From Macrostomum lignano (taxonomy: Eukaryota), in assembly GCA_002269645.1 (NCBI GenBank), contig NIVC01000140.1:124001-188000 (forward strand): a DNA stretch of 64,000 bases. The letters run 5' to 3'. The notes beneath the pieces were generated by a model. That model was given only the letters and a program-made list of their open reading frames with translations. It was not told the origin of the DNA and did no database searches. Shown here piece after piece: positions 39,875 to 51,715 of this stretch. The position numbers and the translations under genes are program-made. Each line of letters begins with the position of its first letter. Within the stretch, counting starts at the first letter, position 1.

Positions 39875-42800
39875 ATGAAGTTTTCAACCCGGGAGATGGT
39901 TTTTTCTGCTATCCGCAGTCACACTGGCAAGTCAGGCGCATCTCTGATGGCCATTAAAAAGTACATCATCGAGCACTTTATGCTGGCCATAGACAGGAGG
40001 CTGGCGGGCCGCATCCGCTCGATTTTGAGGAACTCGGTCATTAATGGCACGTTGGTGAGGGTTGGTGGCCGGGGCCGCGGCGCTTGCGGCTCCTTCAGGC
40101 TGTCCAGAGGTAGTGCGGGCCCAGCTGGACCGGCCGCCAGGTCGAGCAGGCCGGCCTCGACCGCCCGCAAGTTCGGACCCATCCCGGAACCAAAGTCAAG
40201 CATTTCTTCTGAAGGGTTGGTCATTTTACATTAGTTTTGGAGCCATTTTTGTTTCCTGATATCGCCTTCTGAATTTCAACAAATCATGGTTTATTTACTC
40301 AGTGTAATTTTTCCTGGGTCTTTGCTCCGTGATCTACCCGAATATTAATAATCTTAAACCGGAATCAGAGCCCATCGAGCAAGACTTCAGGTTCTTAAAT
40401 TACTGTTCGTCTCGGAATCGCATTATTGAATCGATTGATTCACTCATTTCGTGCTAACTTCTATATCGAAGCAGCACCATCCAAGCATCATCCTGTCACC
40501 ATCACCCTCTCACCATCACCCTGTCACCATCACCCTGTCACCATCACCCTATCACCATCACCCTGTCACCATCACCCTATCACCATCACCCTGTCACCAT
40601 CACCCTGTCACCATCACCCTATCACCATCACCCTATCACCATCACCCTATCACCATCACCCTGTCACCATCACCCTATCACCATCACCCTATCACCCTCA
40701 CCCTGTCACCATCACCCTGTCACCATCACAGTCGTTAAACTCCCTGCTGTCAGTATATCATACAAGGTGTACATATAAATCATAACCCATGGTTCGCAGA
40801 GGCGGTCGAGACCCCTCTGAACAGCTGCCGCAGGCGCTGATGATCCGCATTCTGTCCGAGCTGGACCAGCCCAGTCGCATGCAGTGCGCCCTTGTGAGCC
40901 GCGCCTGGCACGAGCTGGTCATGCAGCCGCTGGTGTGGCGCCGACTGCACCTCTACTACGACTGTCTCGGTAAGCCCGGCGTGGCATCACGGCTGTCTCG
41001 CTGGCTGTCTCCGACTTTGGTTCAGGTGGTGTCAGATGGCTCCATCGATCTGAACATTGTTCTGGCCGACTGTCCCAGGCTGCAGCTGCTGACGCTGCGC
41101 TCTGAGCACTGCGAATACTACGCTGAGGGCAACCCGCTGATTGCAGCCGTCAAAGGCTGTCCGCGTCTACGCTGCCTCCGCGTGCTCGACTGCGACAGCT
41201 TGCTGACACCGGACACGCTGTCCGGCCTGCTGACCGGTTGCCCGCGCCTTGACCACCTAGAGCTCGACGATGAGCGCAAGCTGTTCCTGAGCTCGACGGT
41301 GTTCTCCGACGCAGCTGCCTGCGCGCAGCCGTTCTGCAAGCTGCTGGCCCGTCTGACTTCGCTGAGACTCCCGAATTTCTTAGAAAGCTCGCGGCCCGTG
41401 GCTGCCGCCGTGTCGGAGAACTGGCCTAACTGCACCAACCTGGTGTGTCTGGACGTGGCCTCCGCTACGGAATCCAGTGAGTCTTGCTGCGATTGCGCCT
41501 ACATTGGGCTTTTTGCACTGCTAGCACAGGCAGGCAGCGAGCTTCAACTTCGGATTCTCATATTCGCCCGCAGACCTGCTGGCTGCAATCAGCGGCCTGC
41601 CGAGCCTACAGGAGCTGTCTGAGAGGCTGCTTGCCATTACTGATCAGCTGGCTGCCAGCGGAATTCCAGCTGCTGTTCGCCGTAGCAGCTGCCGCCTACG
41701 CAGCCTGCAGCTGGAGCAGTGCAGCCCCCTATCAGCCAGGGGCCTCCGAGCTCTGCTCACCGCCTGGCCGGGACTGCTGAGCTTCCGACTGAGAAACTGC
41801 CAGCAACTGGGCGCCGAGGGCTACTTGCTGGCTACCGGGGTGGCCACCCTGACTGAGCTGGAGCTAACTGGCCCCGCCTGGCCGGGTCTCAGGGACGCTG
41901 ACTTGGCCAGCCAGCCCCTGCCGTCAGGTCTGAAGAAGCTGCTGTTGAGCTCCAACGGCTGGCCGTTCGGTGTCACCGGCCTGGGACTGCGGGCTGGCTT
42001 GGCCACCTGCCGGGGTGAGCAGCGGGCTGGAGTGGCTGCGCAGCCTACAGAACAGCAGGCTGTAGGGTTAGGGGAGATACAGAATAACAGCAGGCTGTAG
42101 GGGTAGGGGAGCTACAGAATAACAGCAGGCTGTAGGGGTAGGGGAGCTACAGAATAACAGCAGGCTGTAGGGGTAGGGGAGCTACAGAATAACAGCAGGC
42201 TGTAGGGGTAGGGGAGCTACAGAATAACAGCAGGCTGTAGGGGTAGGGGAGCTACAGAATAACAGCAGGCTGTAGGGGTAGGGGAGCTACAGAATAACAG
42301 CAGGCTGTAGGGGTAGGGGAGCTACAGAAGAACTGCAGGCTGTAGGGGTAGGGGAGCTACAGAAGAACTGCAGGCTGTAGGGGTAGGGGAGCTACAGAAG
42401 AACAGCAGGCTGTAGGGGTAGGGGAGCTACAGAAGAACTGCAGGCTGTAGGGGTAGGGGAGCTAGAGAAGAACAGCAGGCTGTAGGGGTAGGGGAGCTAG
42501 AGAAGAACAGCAGGCTGTAGGGGTAGGGGAGCTAGAGAAGAACAGCAGGCTGTAGGGGTAGGGGAGCTAGAGAAGAACAGCAGGCTGTAGGGGTAGGGGA
42601 GCTACAGAAGAACTGCAGGCTGTAGGGGTAGGGGAGCTACAGAAGAACTGCAGGCTGTAGGGGTAGGGGAGCTAGAGAAGAACAGCAGGCTGTAGGGGTA
42701 GGGGAGCTACAGAATAACAGCAGGCTGTAGGGGTAGGGGAGCTACAGAAGAACTGCAGGCTGTAGGGGTAGGGGAGCTACAGAAGAACAGCAGGCTGTAG

Positions 42801-43695
42801 GGGTAGGGGAGCTACAGTAGAAGAGCAGACTGTAGGGGTAGGGGAGCTACAGAAGAACAGCAGGCTGTAGGGGTAGGGGAGCTACAGAAGAACAGCAGGC
42901 TGTAGGGGTAGGGGAGCTACAGTAGAAGAGCAGACTGTAGGGGTAGGGGAGCTACAGAAAAACTGCAGCTGTAGGGGTAGGGGAGCTACAGAAGAAGAGC
43001 AGGCTGTAGGGGTAGGGGAGCTACAGAAGAACTGCAGGCTGTAGGGGTAGGGGAGCTACAGTAGAAGAGCAGACTGTAGGGGTGAGGTAGCTGAATACAT
43101 CAAGCTTCAAACTGTTATTAATGACCTTAAAGACAGCGGACTGACGAACGCGTTGAGTAAAATGGCTGAATAACTTTCTGTTTGCGGAGCTCCAATGCAC
43201 AGATCAGTAATAAAACTTATTCCACTTTGATGCCCAGGCCTGACCCACCTGACCGTCGATCTGCCCTGCCATGACGAGCTGCTGCCGGCTCTGCTCACCC
43301 AGCTGCCCCGCCTGCGCTGCCTTCGCCTGGCCGACTGCAGCGGTTTGACCTCCCGGGCCTGGCAGGGCCTGTCAAATCTGCGGATCCCGGCGGACTCGTG
43401 GCCGGATCTACACGAGCTGCATCTGCACCAGTGCCGCAGCCTCACTGATGAGGCGCTGGCCAACTTGTGCGACACTCCGGCTGTCAGGGGACTGCGCCAC
43501 CTCGAGCTGCACTCCAGCCGCCTGCTGGGCCCGGTGGCACTGCCCATGATCGCTGAGGCCTGTCCCTGGCTGGCTGTGCTGGAGCTGAAGAACTGCCGGA
43601 TGCACGCGGCCTGGCTCGCAGTCATGTTCACCCGCGACCCGCATATGTTCGGCTTCCACCGGACCCAGATCCGCCTGTCTGCCGGGGACTACTAA
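39875..43695 (+). CDS. Putative linker-histone H1 globular domain + F-box + leucine-rich-repeat protein (638 aa)
   Basis: Exons 39875-40215, 40800-41476, 41574-42014 and 43238-43695 total 1917 nt, all GT-AG and phase-compatible (2,1,1). H15-like region: EMVFSAIRS...GASLMAIKKYIIEHF...GRGACGSFRL. F-box: LPQALMIRILSELDQPSRMQCALVSRAWHEL. LRRs: CPRLRCLRVLDC, LPRLRCLRLADCSGLT, LRHLELHS. The first splice is the least certain; the alternative is two genes with the F-box gene starting at ATG 40789. Confidence 0.7.
40488..40730. repeat. 14-bp minisatellite (caccatcaccctgt)
   Basis: Tandem copies between the H1-like and F-box exons. Confidence 0.9.
42035..43085. repeat. 35-bp G-rich minisatellite (agctacagaataacagcaggctgtaggggtagggg)
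   Basis: About 30 copies in intron 3 of the F-box/LRR gene. Confidence 0.93.
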
Positions 43696-43754
43696 TAATA
43701 TTGACTTTAGTTGTTAACCTAAATACCTGCCGAAATGGAAGTTGAAAATCAGTA

Positions 43755-44308
43755 GCTGAGTTCAGTGAGTATCGGCTCTGCTGAGTTTAGTGAGTATCGG
43801 CTCTGCTGAGTTCAGTGAGTATCGGCTCTGCTGAGTTCAGTGAGTATCGGCTCTGCTGAGTTCAGTGAGTATCGGCTCTGCTGAGTTCAGTGAGTATCGG
43901 CTCTGCTGAGTTCAGTGAGTATCGGCTCTGCTGAGTTCAGTGTCGGCTCTGCTGAGTTCAGTGAGCTCTGCTGAGTTCAGTGAGTATCGGCTCTGCTGAG
44001 TTCAGTGAGTATCGGCTCTGCTGAGTTCAGTGAGTATCGGCTCTGCTGAGTTCAGTGAGTATCGGCTCTGCTGAGTTCAGTGAGTATCGGCTCTGCTGAG
44101 TTCAGTGAGTATCGGCTCTGCTGAGTTCAGTGAGTATCGGCTCTGCTGAGTTCAGTGAGTATCGGCTCTGCTGAGTTCAGTGTCGGCTCTGCTGAGTTCA
44201 GTGAGCTCTGCTGAGTTCAGTGAGCTCTGCTGAGTTCAGTGAGTATCGGCTCTGCTGAGTTCAGTGAGTATCGGCTCTGCTGAGTTCAGTGAATATCGGC
44301 TCTGCTGT
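43755..44308. repeat. 25-bp minisatellite (gctgagttcagtgagtatcggctct)
   Basis: Tandem copies just downstream of the F-box/LRR stop codon. Confidence 0.93.
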
Positions 44309-45084
44309 CCATTTTGATGCTGCTTAAATTTTGCATATTAAACTGTGCAAACCTACTGTAATTTTATTCAAACATATTTATTGCTGCCTGTTAAATCCGC
44401 GCCTGTCTGTTTGACAGCGCAGACTCAAGTTGCATTTTGCCTGGCGCTGTAGCCAATTATTTACACTTTTCCACCTTTTTCACTATTTAGCATTTTCCTG
44501 CTGTTTTTCTTCCATTTTTGTCTCTTCAGTGAGAGAATGGCCGCTAAATAGAAAGTCAATGCAGGGTGTGTTTTGTTTGAAACAGATCACTTTGCTTTGT
44601 TGCTACAAGCTCGTAAGAAAAAAATCTCCAAAATTGCTGTCGTTTTGCGATATTGATGTGCAGCCCGTAATTTTACGCTGCCCAGGACCCGCTTTATTGC
44701 ATCCTTTTGCGTTGTTTAATATACCAAAGCATTGCACTGCATTGAGAAGTTTTCCTCTTGCATTTGGTCCTCCATCTGGCGACAATGTTACCTTTGCTTA
44801 AATTTAAACTGATGATCAGCATGCCACGAAGGGGGGCAAGGGAAGGTAGGGGAGACTCGCAAAAGTACATGACTACCCTTACATTGTAGCTTTCGGACCC
44901 AGTGAAATACAGTGGCACTTTTCTCAGGCTAACAAAATTCTATATGCGAGGGTACTGTGAGAAACCTAGAAGCGTGCCTTGTTTACGGTTTAACAGTAGG
45001 AATGCTCTCAAGTCGCCAGCCCTCCGGACCGTCGATATATTCAACGATTCTGCCAGAATTTCGAAATCTTTCCATAAGCGCCAC

Positions 45085-45298
45085 TGTATTCAACACACTC
45101 CTGTGCGCCCGTGTATTCAACACACTCCTGTGCGCCCGTGTATTCAACACACTCCTGTGCGCCAGTGTATTCAACACACTCCTGTGCGCCAGTGTATTCA
45201 ACACACTCCTGTGCGCCAGTGTATTCAACACACTCCTGTGCGCCAGTGTATTCAACACACTCCTGTGCGCCAGTGTATTCAACACACTCCTGTGCGCC
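45085..45298. repeat. 27-bp minisatellite (gtattcaacacactcctgtgcgcca..)
   Basis: About 8 tandem copies. Confidence 0.9.
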
Positions 45299-45709
45299 AA
45301 TCAGCCAATTCAGTCTGCCACGTCGTCTGCATCAGCTCTGATGAAGCTTCTGAATCTTCAGGTTTGCCCGCTGTAGAGGCTTGACCAGCTAAATGAACAG
45401 TCGCAACAGGGTGTCCATAGTAAAGTGCGATATTGAATTTTTGGGATGTCCGAAGTTATACTGCGCTGTGAGATTTCACGAGAAGAAAGAAATTGAAAAC
45501 AACTGCAATTAAGGAGTAAGACAGGCACATGTCGGTTTTCTAAGTTATTTCAATTTCTCATAGACCCTAAACAGGAAGACAATTGTTGACTCTGACAATT
45601 AAACCAATATTAAAATACCATTTTTGTCCGAAATCTGGCTGTTACTAAAAAATTGACTTTTCCGGACTTCTGATCGTAGCGAATAATTTTTCCTGAAAAA
45701 TGGCTGCTG

Positions 45710-47125
45710 CTCTCCTGCAGGCAAGATCTTTATTGGCTATTGAGGAGGCTTTAGCTCTCCTGCAGGCAAGATCTTTATTAGCTATTGAGGAGGCTTTAGC
45801 TCTCCTGCAGGCAAGATCTTTATTAGCTATTGAGGAGGCTTTAGCTCTCCTGCAGGCAAGATCTTTATTAGCTATTGAGGAGGCTTTAGCTCTCCTGCAG
45901 GCAAGATCTTTATTAGCTATTGAGGAGGCTTAGCTCTCCTGCAGGCAAGATCTTTATTAGCTATTGAGGAGGCTTTAGCTCTCCTGCAGGCAAGATCTTT
46001 ATTGGCTATTGAGGAGGCTTTAGCTCTCCTGCAGGCAAGATCTTTATTAGCTATTGAGGAGGCTTTAGCTCTCCTGCAGGCAAGATCTTTATTAGCTATT
46101 GAGGAGGCTTTAGCTCTCCTGCAGGCAAGATCTTTATTAGCTATTGAGGAGGCAGTAGCTCTCCTGCAGGCAAGATCTTTATTAGCTATTGAGGAGGCTT
46201 TAGCTCTCCTGCAGGCAAGATCTTTATTAGCTATTGAGGAGGCTTTAGCTCTCCTGCAGGCAAGATCTTTATTAGCTATTGAGGAGGCTTTAGCTCTCCT
46301 GCAGGCAAGATCTTTATTAGCTATTGAGGAGGCTTTAGCTCTCCTGCAGGCAAGATCTTTATTAGCTATTGAGGAGGCTTTAGCTCTCCTGCAGGCAAGA
46401 TCTTTATTAGCTATTGAGGAGGCTTAGCTCTCCTGCAGGCAAGATCTTTATTGGCTATTGAGGAGGCTTTAGCTCTCCTGCAGGCAAGATCTTTATTGGC
46501 TATTAAGGAGGCTTTAGCTCTCCTGCAGGCAAGATCTTTATTGGCTATTGAGGAGGCTTTAGCTCTCCTGCAGGCAAGATCTTTATTGGCTATTGAGGAG
46601 GCTTTAGCTCTCCTGCAGGCAAGATCTTTATTGGCTATTGAGGAGGCTTTAGCTCTCCTGCAGGCAAGATCTTTATTGGCTATTGAGGAGGCTTTAGCTC
46701 TCCTGCAGGCAAGATCTTTATTGGCTATTGAGGAGGCTTAGCTCTCCTGCAGGCAAGATCTTTATTAGCTATTGAGGAGGCTTTAGCTCTCCTGCAGGCA
46801 AGATCTTTATTAGCTATTGAGGAGGCTTTAGCTCTCCTGCAGGCAAGATCTTTATTAGCTATTGAGGAGGCTTAGCTCTCCTGCAGGCAAGATCTTTATT
46901 GGCTATTGAGGAGGCTTTAGCTCTCCTGCAGGCAAGATCTTTATTGGCTATTAAGGAGGCTTTAGCTCTCCTGCAGGCAAGATCTTTATTGGCTATTGAG
47001 GAGGCTTTAGCTCTCCTGCAGGCAAGATCTTTATTGGCTATTGAGGAGGCTTTAGCTCTCCTGCAGGCAAGATCTTTATTAGCTATTGAGGAGGCTTTAG
47101 CTCTCCTGCAGGCAAGATCTTTATT
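45710..47125. repeat. 45-bp minisatellite (gctctcctgcaggcaagatctttattagctattgaggaggcttta)
   Basis: About 31 highly homogeneous copies with occasional 44-bp variants. Confidence 0.95.
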
Positions 47126-47456
47126 ATCTACGAGCTACTTATCTACAGGCAACACCAGGGGCGCCAGCACAGGGAAGAAACAGTGATCCCAATTTCCAAT
47201 AAAAAATATCTGCTCTGGTGAAATAAATTGAATATTGAAACCTATTGAGTTGATGAAGCACTGATTCAACACACTAGTTTTCACTGGCTTAGAAGGTTGC
47301 TTCCATATAAGGTCAGTCCAGAGGCTATTAAGAGGCCCAAGATTTGGGCTTGGTGGAGTTGCAGGTGGCGCCAGGTGACTATGGGCACCCTGTTGTCCCC
47401 CCCCCCGTAGTTCTACGAGTACTGTTAGAGTTTTCTGTGTAAGCCGAGGTAGATCC

Positions 47457-47839
47457 TGACGTGACGCGAAAGTCAGGAATCGAATGTTGTTTGAACGAAT
47501 ATAAATTCTTGCGATATATTTGCAGTAGTAGAATAGTCTAAGTTGCTTGACGAGACACAGATCGAGAGCAATGGTTTAAATATTGCGACTATTGAAAATA
47601 TTGAAGTGGAGTATTGAACTATATTGATGCACTGCATGATTGAGCAAGTGGAGGGACTTAAGGGGCGAGGCAAGGCTAGAGCAATGATGTACACTGAATT
47701 GCACAGAGTACGCATTCGTTTACAGAGTACATAGAAGTTTAGCATTGAATAAAGTTAAGTGACTGAGTTAGCAGAATAAAGTTAAGCAAAAAACCGCACA
47801 CAGTTACCCATGCTAGCAAACCAACGAACCGTCACTTCA
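47457..47839 (-). repeat. 3' LTR (383 bp)
   Basis: No difference from 51716-52098 seen by eye. Confidence 0.95.
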
Positions 47840-50800
47840 TCTCCCCCCTTCGAATCGAGCTGGCGGCAGGCCCCTTGTCGAACGAACCGGATAGCGAGGC
47901 AGCTTCACCGGCGAGAGGCCGGCGGTCGGCTGCGGCCGATGCAACTCGGTAGCCTCCCCGCCCTGCAGTCCGGTGATTTCACCGTCCTCAGCGGCTGCAG
48001 TAGCGGTGTCGCTGCCACTGCTGCTCACGTCACCTTGGCAGCTGGTTTGCGGCAGCATCGTATACTCGTCCGTGGCGCGGGAGGTTGCCGGATCATCGGC
48101 TCCGGCCTCGATGCGTTCACTCAGCTGGTCTGCATGCGCCAGGACGGTGCGACCGCCTTGGCGGGCGATGATGGCCGTGTTCGTCCCTTTCTGACATAGA
48201 AACTCGGCCGGCTCGCGCTCCAGCCCTGCGCCCGGTGCGTACCAGATGTTGGCTCTAATTGGCGTCTTCATTGTGATAGGATTGCGAAGCTGCCGTCCCA
48301 TGAGCTGTGCTGGACTTTGGGCCCGACCGGCGTGGGGAATGCACCTGTAATTGAGTAGGAGTCTGAACAGGAATGAGTCGTACGGCTCCGACGCTTGGTC
48401 CCAGGCCGCCGACGCCCTCTTGATCGAGCCAACCATCCGCTCCGCAAGTCCGTTCGATTGCGGATGCCTTGGAGGAGTTTTGAGGGCTCGACAGCCAATT
48501 CGCTCAAGCCAGGACAGCAGTCCAGCGTCGTGATACTCAGCGGCATTATCGCTAACCAGGACGTGCGGGACACCGTTTCTAGCGAATACTGACTGAAGAG
48601 CGGCCTTAACAGTCGCAGCATCGCGGTTTGGTACTCTCAGGACCTCAGGCCATCCCGACATTGCATCGACTAGAATGAGCACCAGTCCAACCTTCGGGAT
48701 TGTGGCGTGGTCCATATGCACGCGATGCCACGGTTCGTCTTCCTTTGGCCACTGATGTACCGTAGGTGTGCCGGAAGGCCGAATTCGCGTGCAGGTGGGG
48801 CAGTTGCGCACGTGCCGCTCCACATCCGTGCAATATCCTGGCCACCAGGCCGAGTTGCGGATGAGTGCGCGAGTTGCCATGGCTCCCTGATGCGAGTCAT
48901 TGTGTACCTGATCCAGGACGCGCTGCCTGAGTGTCGCAGGAATCACCGGTCGATCGCCGTAGCAGAGAATGCCGTCGTCTATCACTAAGGCATGGCGAAC
49001 TGACTTGTACGGTCTCTCAGCTGGGGAGCATCCTGACCATCTGCTTGATGCGACTCGCTCAGCAATATCTTGGAGTAGACGATCGCGCTGGGTCTCTGCT
49101 TGCAGCTCCACCCATGGAATCACCGGGCTGCCAGCCCAATGAACCAGACCTTCCAAGGCAGCAGGTTCTGATTCGGATAGTTCACCGTCGCATTCAAGGC
49201 GAGAGAGAGCATCAGCGTGTGGAATGTGCTCGCCTTTTGTGTAGATCGTGTCAAAATCGAAGGCCATTAGCTTGATCGCCCAGCGAAGTAGCCGAGCGTT
49301 CGCCACCTTTGGAAGTTGCCGCCGCGCTCCGAAGAGAAACTCTAGAGGCCGATGATCTGTCCGTAGAGTGAATCGGGCACCGAGAAGGAACTGCTTGGCG
49401 CGTTCCATCGCCCAAACGATGGCGAGGGCTTCTCTTTCGATATTCGAATAGCGCGACTCCGTGCTGCTCAACCGTCTGCTAAGGTATATAACCGGGTGGC
49501 CGTTTTGGGTGAGCACAGCGGCGATGGCCCTCTCACTGGCATCTGTGGTAAGAGTCGTCTCTTTGGTCTTGTCGTAGGGCTGTAGGACTGGCGCACTGCT
49601 AAGAATGGCTTTGATTCTCTCGAAGGCCTGAGTCTGATCGGGTCCCCAACTGAACCTTGCGTTCTTGGTTCGTAACCGGTTGAGTGGCTCGATGATCTGT
49701 GAGTAGTTGCGAATGAATCTGCCAAAAAAGTTGGCAAGGCCAAGAAAAGATTCTAGTTGCTTCTTGTCTCCAGGAGTCTTGACGGCGCGGATCCGATCGA
49801 CCAGATTTGGATCAGGAGAAATTCCTCTCTCGCTGACTCTGTACCCGAGAAATGAGACCTCCCTAGCCTTGAGGGTTGATTTTTCCAAGTTGATTGACAT
49901 TCCTGCCTTCTTTAGGGTAGCTATGACATTTTGGACCTTTGAGTCGATCTCTGAGTCAGACTTTCCGCCGAGAAGAATGTCGTCCTGATAAACTATCTTG
50001 CCGGTGATGTCGGCAAGGACTGATTCCATTGCCTTTTGAAAGATAGATGATGCTGATTTGAGGCCTGGAACGAGACGCTTATAGCGATAGAGGCCCAAAG
50101 GTGTGGCGATGGTGGTGATCTCTCTGCTGTCTTCGTCCAGCTCTATCTGTAAATAAGCATCTGAAAGGTCGATTTTCGAGAAGTGCGACATTCCAGAGGT
50201 CTCCGCAAAGATTGTCTCCATCTCAGGCATCGGGTACGTATCGTTGCACACCTGATGATTAACTCCTGCTTTGAAGTCAGCACAGACGCGCACCTTTCCG
50301 TTAGGTTTCAGCACGCTGACAATTGGTGAGGCCCACTGACTCCCTCCGGCTGGAACAGGCTCGATTATCTGCTCAGCCTCCATTCGCCCGAGCTCCTCGT
50401 TAACCCGGTCTCGCAGGTGAATTGGGACGGGCCTAGCTGCGCAGTAAAACGGTTTTGCTCCATCAACAAGGCGAATCTTGGCTTTGAAGTTTTTGAGACA
50501 ACTTTTTTTGAGTTGGCCGACAGCGTTGATTGTAATAGCGTCCCCTTGCAGCTTGATGACGTCCATTCCCAGCAGTCCATGTGGTTTGCTGGCCTCCGTG
50601 ACGATTAAGTCCAGTGTGACAAAGTTGGTGTCGGTTTCTAGGGAGGCAGTGAATTCTCCTAGACAGGAAATGCTGGATCCGTCGTACTGCCTGAGTGTTC
50701 GCCTGCACTTCCTGAGAGAAGGGCGGCCGAGCTTGACCCACAGATTTTGCGGAAGTAGACTCACCTCGGCGCCCGTGTCAATCTGCATAGGCAGGGTCCG

Positions 50801-51715
50801 ACCATTGATCTTCGCCTCGTGAAAGACTCCGTTGCTACGCCCGGGAGTGACCACAAAAATGTCGGCTGGCCCTTGGTCCTGATTCTCATGATCGCCTGTC
50901 GATTCTCCTTGGGTCAAGTGCACTTCTCTGGATCTGCAGACCGCAGCAAAATGATTCTTCCGTTTACACTTGGTGCACCTCTGACCAAAAGCGGGGCAAC
51001 TGCCTTTGGGGTGAGTTGTACCGCAGTAATAGCACCTGCCTTTACCAGCTGCTCCTGGAGACTTGGCTGCTGCACCAGTCGTTCTTGGTTGCCCTGCAAA
51101 AGCGATCTCCAGGGGGACGGGCGCGCCTGATGAAGCGCTGTTGGTTGTGCCTTTGTTATATTGTTGAATTTGCTCGAGCTGCTGCAGGTTTTGCAGGATA
51201 TCATCAAGAAGTTTTTCTTCGCCTTGAAGCTGCTCCAAAATTCTCTTCTTGTGTTCGGGAGAGGCAAGGCCGTCGATTAGTCTCATCGCGATGAGGTCGT
51301 TTTCCTTGGACTGCTTGGCCCCAAGTTCCTCGAATTCGCAAAGCGCCGCCGCTGCTCGAAGCCGACGATAGTAAGTGCTGATCGATTCACCTGGCTCTTG
51401 CTTCAGGCTTAGAAATCTGGTGCGCTCAGCGATGACCAGCCTTTTCTTAGGCCGGATTGTTGCTGTTACTAGTGTCTCGATTTCGCTAAATTTGAGTGCC
51501 TCCAGCTTTTTTGGTGCAGCCATCAGAGAGAGCGTCCGGATCGCCTGTAGTCCAGCCTTGGACAGGAACAAGTCAGTCTTATCCCGCGCTTCGTCCGTGT
51601 CCGTAAGTTTCTTAATGCGGGCTGTGGCGGAGAGCTGCTGCATCCATGCCTCAGCGAGTTCAGGATCGTTGAGGTTGAGTTCTTGACTCCGAATTTCGCC
51701 TGCTTGCGACGCCAT
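47837..51715 (-). CDS. Gag-Pol polyprotein (1292 aa)
   Basis: Single intact ORF with Cys-His knuckles CYYCGTTHPKGSCPAFGQRCTKCKRKNHFAAVC, protease DTGA, RT YQDD, RNase H LTTDAS, and integrase HHCC plus DDE core (HMDHA, VSDNA, GLAERMV) in Gypsy order. Confidence 0.97.
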   Translation of the reverse strand: MASQAGEIRSQELNLNDPELAEAWMQQLSATARIKKLTDTDEARDKTDLFLSKAGLQAIRTLSLMAAPKKLEALKFSEIETLVTATIRPKKRLVIAERTRFLSLKQEPGESISTYYRRLRAAAALCEFEELGAKQSKENDLIAMRLIDGLASPEHKKRILEQLQGEEKLLDDILQNLQQLEQIQQYNKGTTNSASSGAPVPLEIAFAGQPRTTGAAAKSPGAAGKGRCYYCGTTHPKGSCPAFGQRCTKCKRKNHFAAVCRSREVHLTQGESTGDHENQDQGPADIFVVTPGRSNGVFHEAKINGRTLPMQIDTGAEVSLLPQNLWVKLGRPSLRKCRRTLRQYDGSSISCLGEFTASLETDTNFVTLDLIVTEASKPHGLLGMDVIKLQGDAITINAVGQLKKSCLKNFKAKIRLVDGAKPFYCAARPVPIHLRDRVNEELGRMEAEQIIEPVPAGGSQWASPIVSVLKPNGKVRVCADFKAGVNHQVCNDTYPMPEMETIFAETSGMSHFSKIDLSDAYLQIELDEDSREITTIATPLGLYRYKRLVPGLKSASSIFQKAMESVLADITGKIVYQDDILLGGKSDSEIDSKVQNVIATLKKAGMSINLEKSTLKAREVSFLGYRVSERGISPDPNLVDRIRAVKTPGDKKQLESFLGLANFFGRFIRNYSQIIEPLNRLRTKNARFSWGPDQTQAFERIKAILSSAPVLQPYDKTKETTLTTDASERAIAAVLTQNGHPVIYLSRRLSSTESRYSNIEREALAIVWAMERAKQFLLGARFTLRTDHRPLEFLFGARRQLPKVANARLLRWAIKLMAFDFDTIYTKGEHIPHADALSRLECDGELSESEPAALEGLVHWAGSPVIPWVELQAETQRDRLLQDIAERVASSRWSGCSPAERPYKSVRHALVIDDGILCYGDRPVIPATLRQRVLDQVHNDSHQGAMATRALIRNSAWWPGYCTDVERHVRNCPTCTRIRPSGTPTVHQWPKEDEPWHRVHMDHATIPKVGLVLILVDAMSGWPEVLRVPNRDAATVKAALQSVFARNGVPHVLVSDNAAEYHDAGLLSWLERIGCRALKTPPRHPQSNGLAERMVGSIKRASAAWDQASEPYDSFLFRLLLNYRCIPHAGRAQSPAQLMGRQLRNPITMKTPIRANIWYAPGAGLEREPAEFLCQKGTNTAIIARQGGRTVLAHADQLSERIEAGADDPATSRATDEYTMLPQTSCQGDVSSSGSDTATAAAEDGEITGLQGGEATELHRPQPTAGLSPVKLPRYPVRSTRGLPPARFEGGR

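Noticed and set aside
47473-47745. 90-aa ORF duplicated in both LTRs
   Set aside because: It has a non-ATG start and no motif; it is duplicated only because the LTRs are
47810-51686. Many short plus-strand and alternate-frame ORFs over the Gypsy element
   Set aside because: They are shadow ORFs of a GC-rich 1292-aa coding frame
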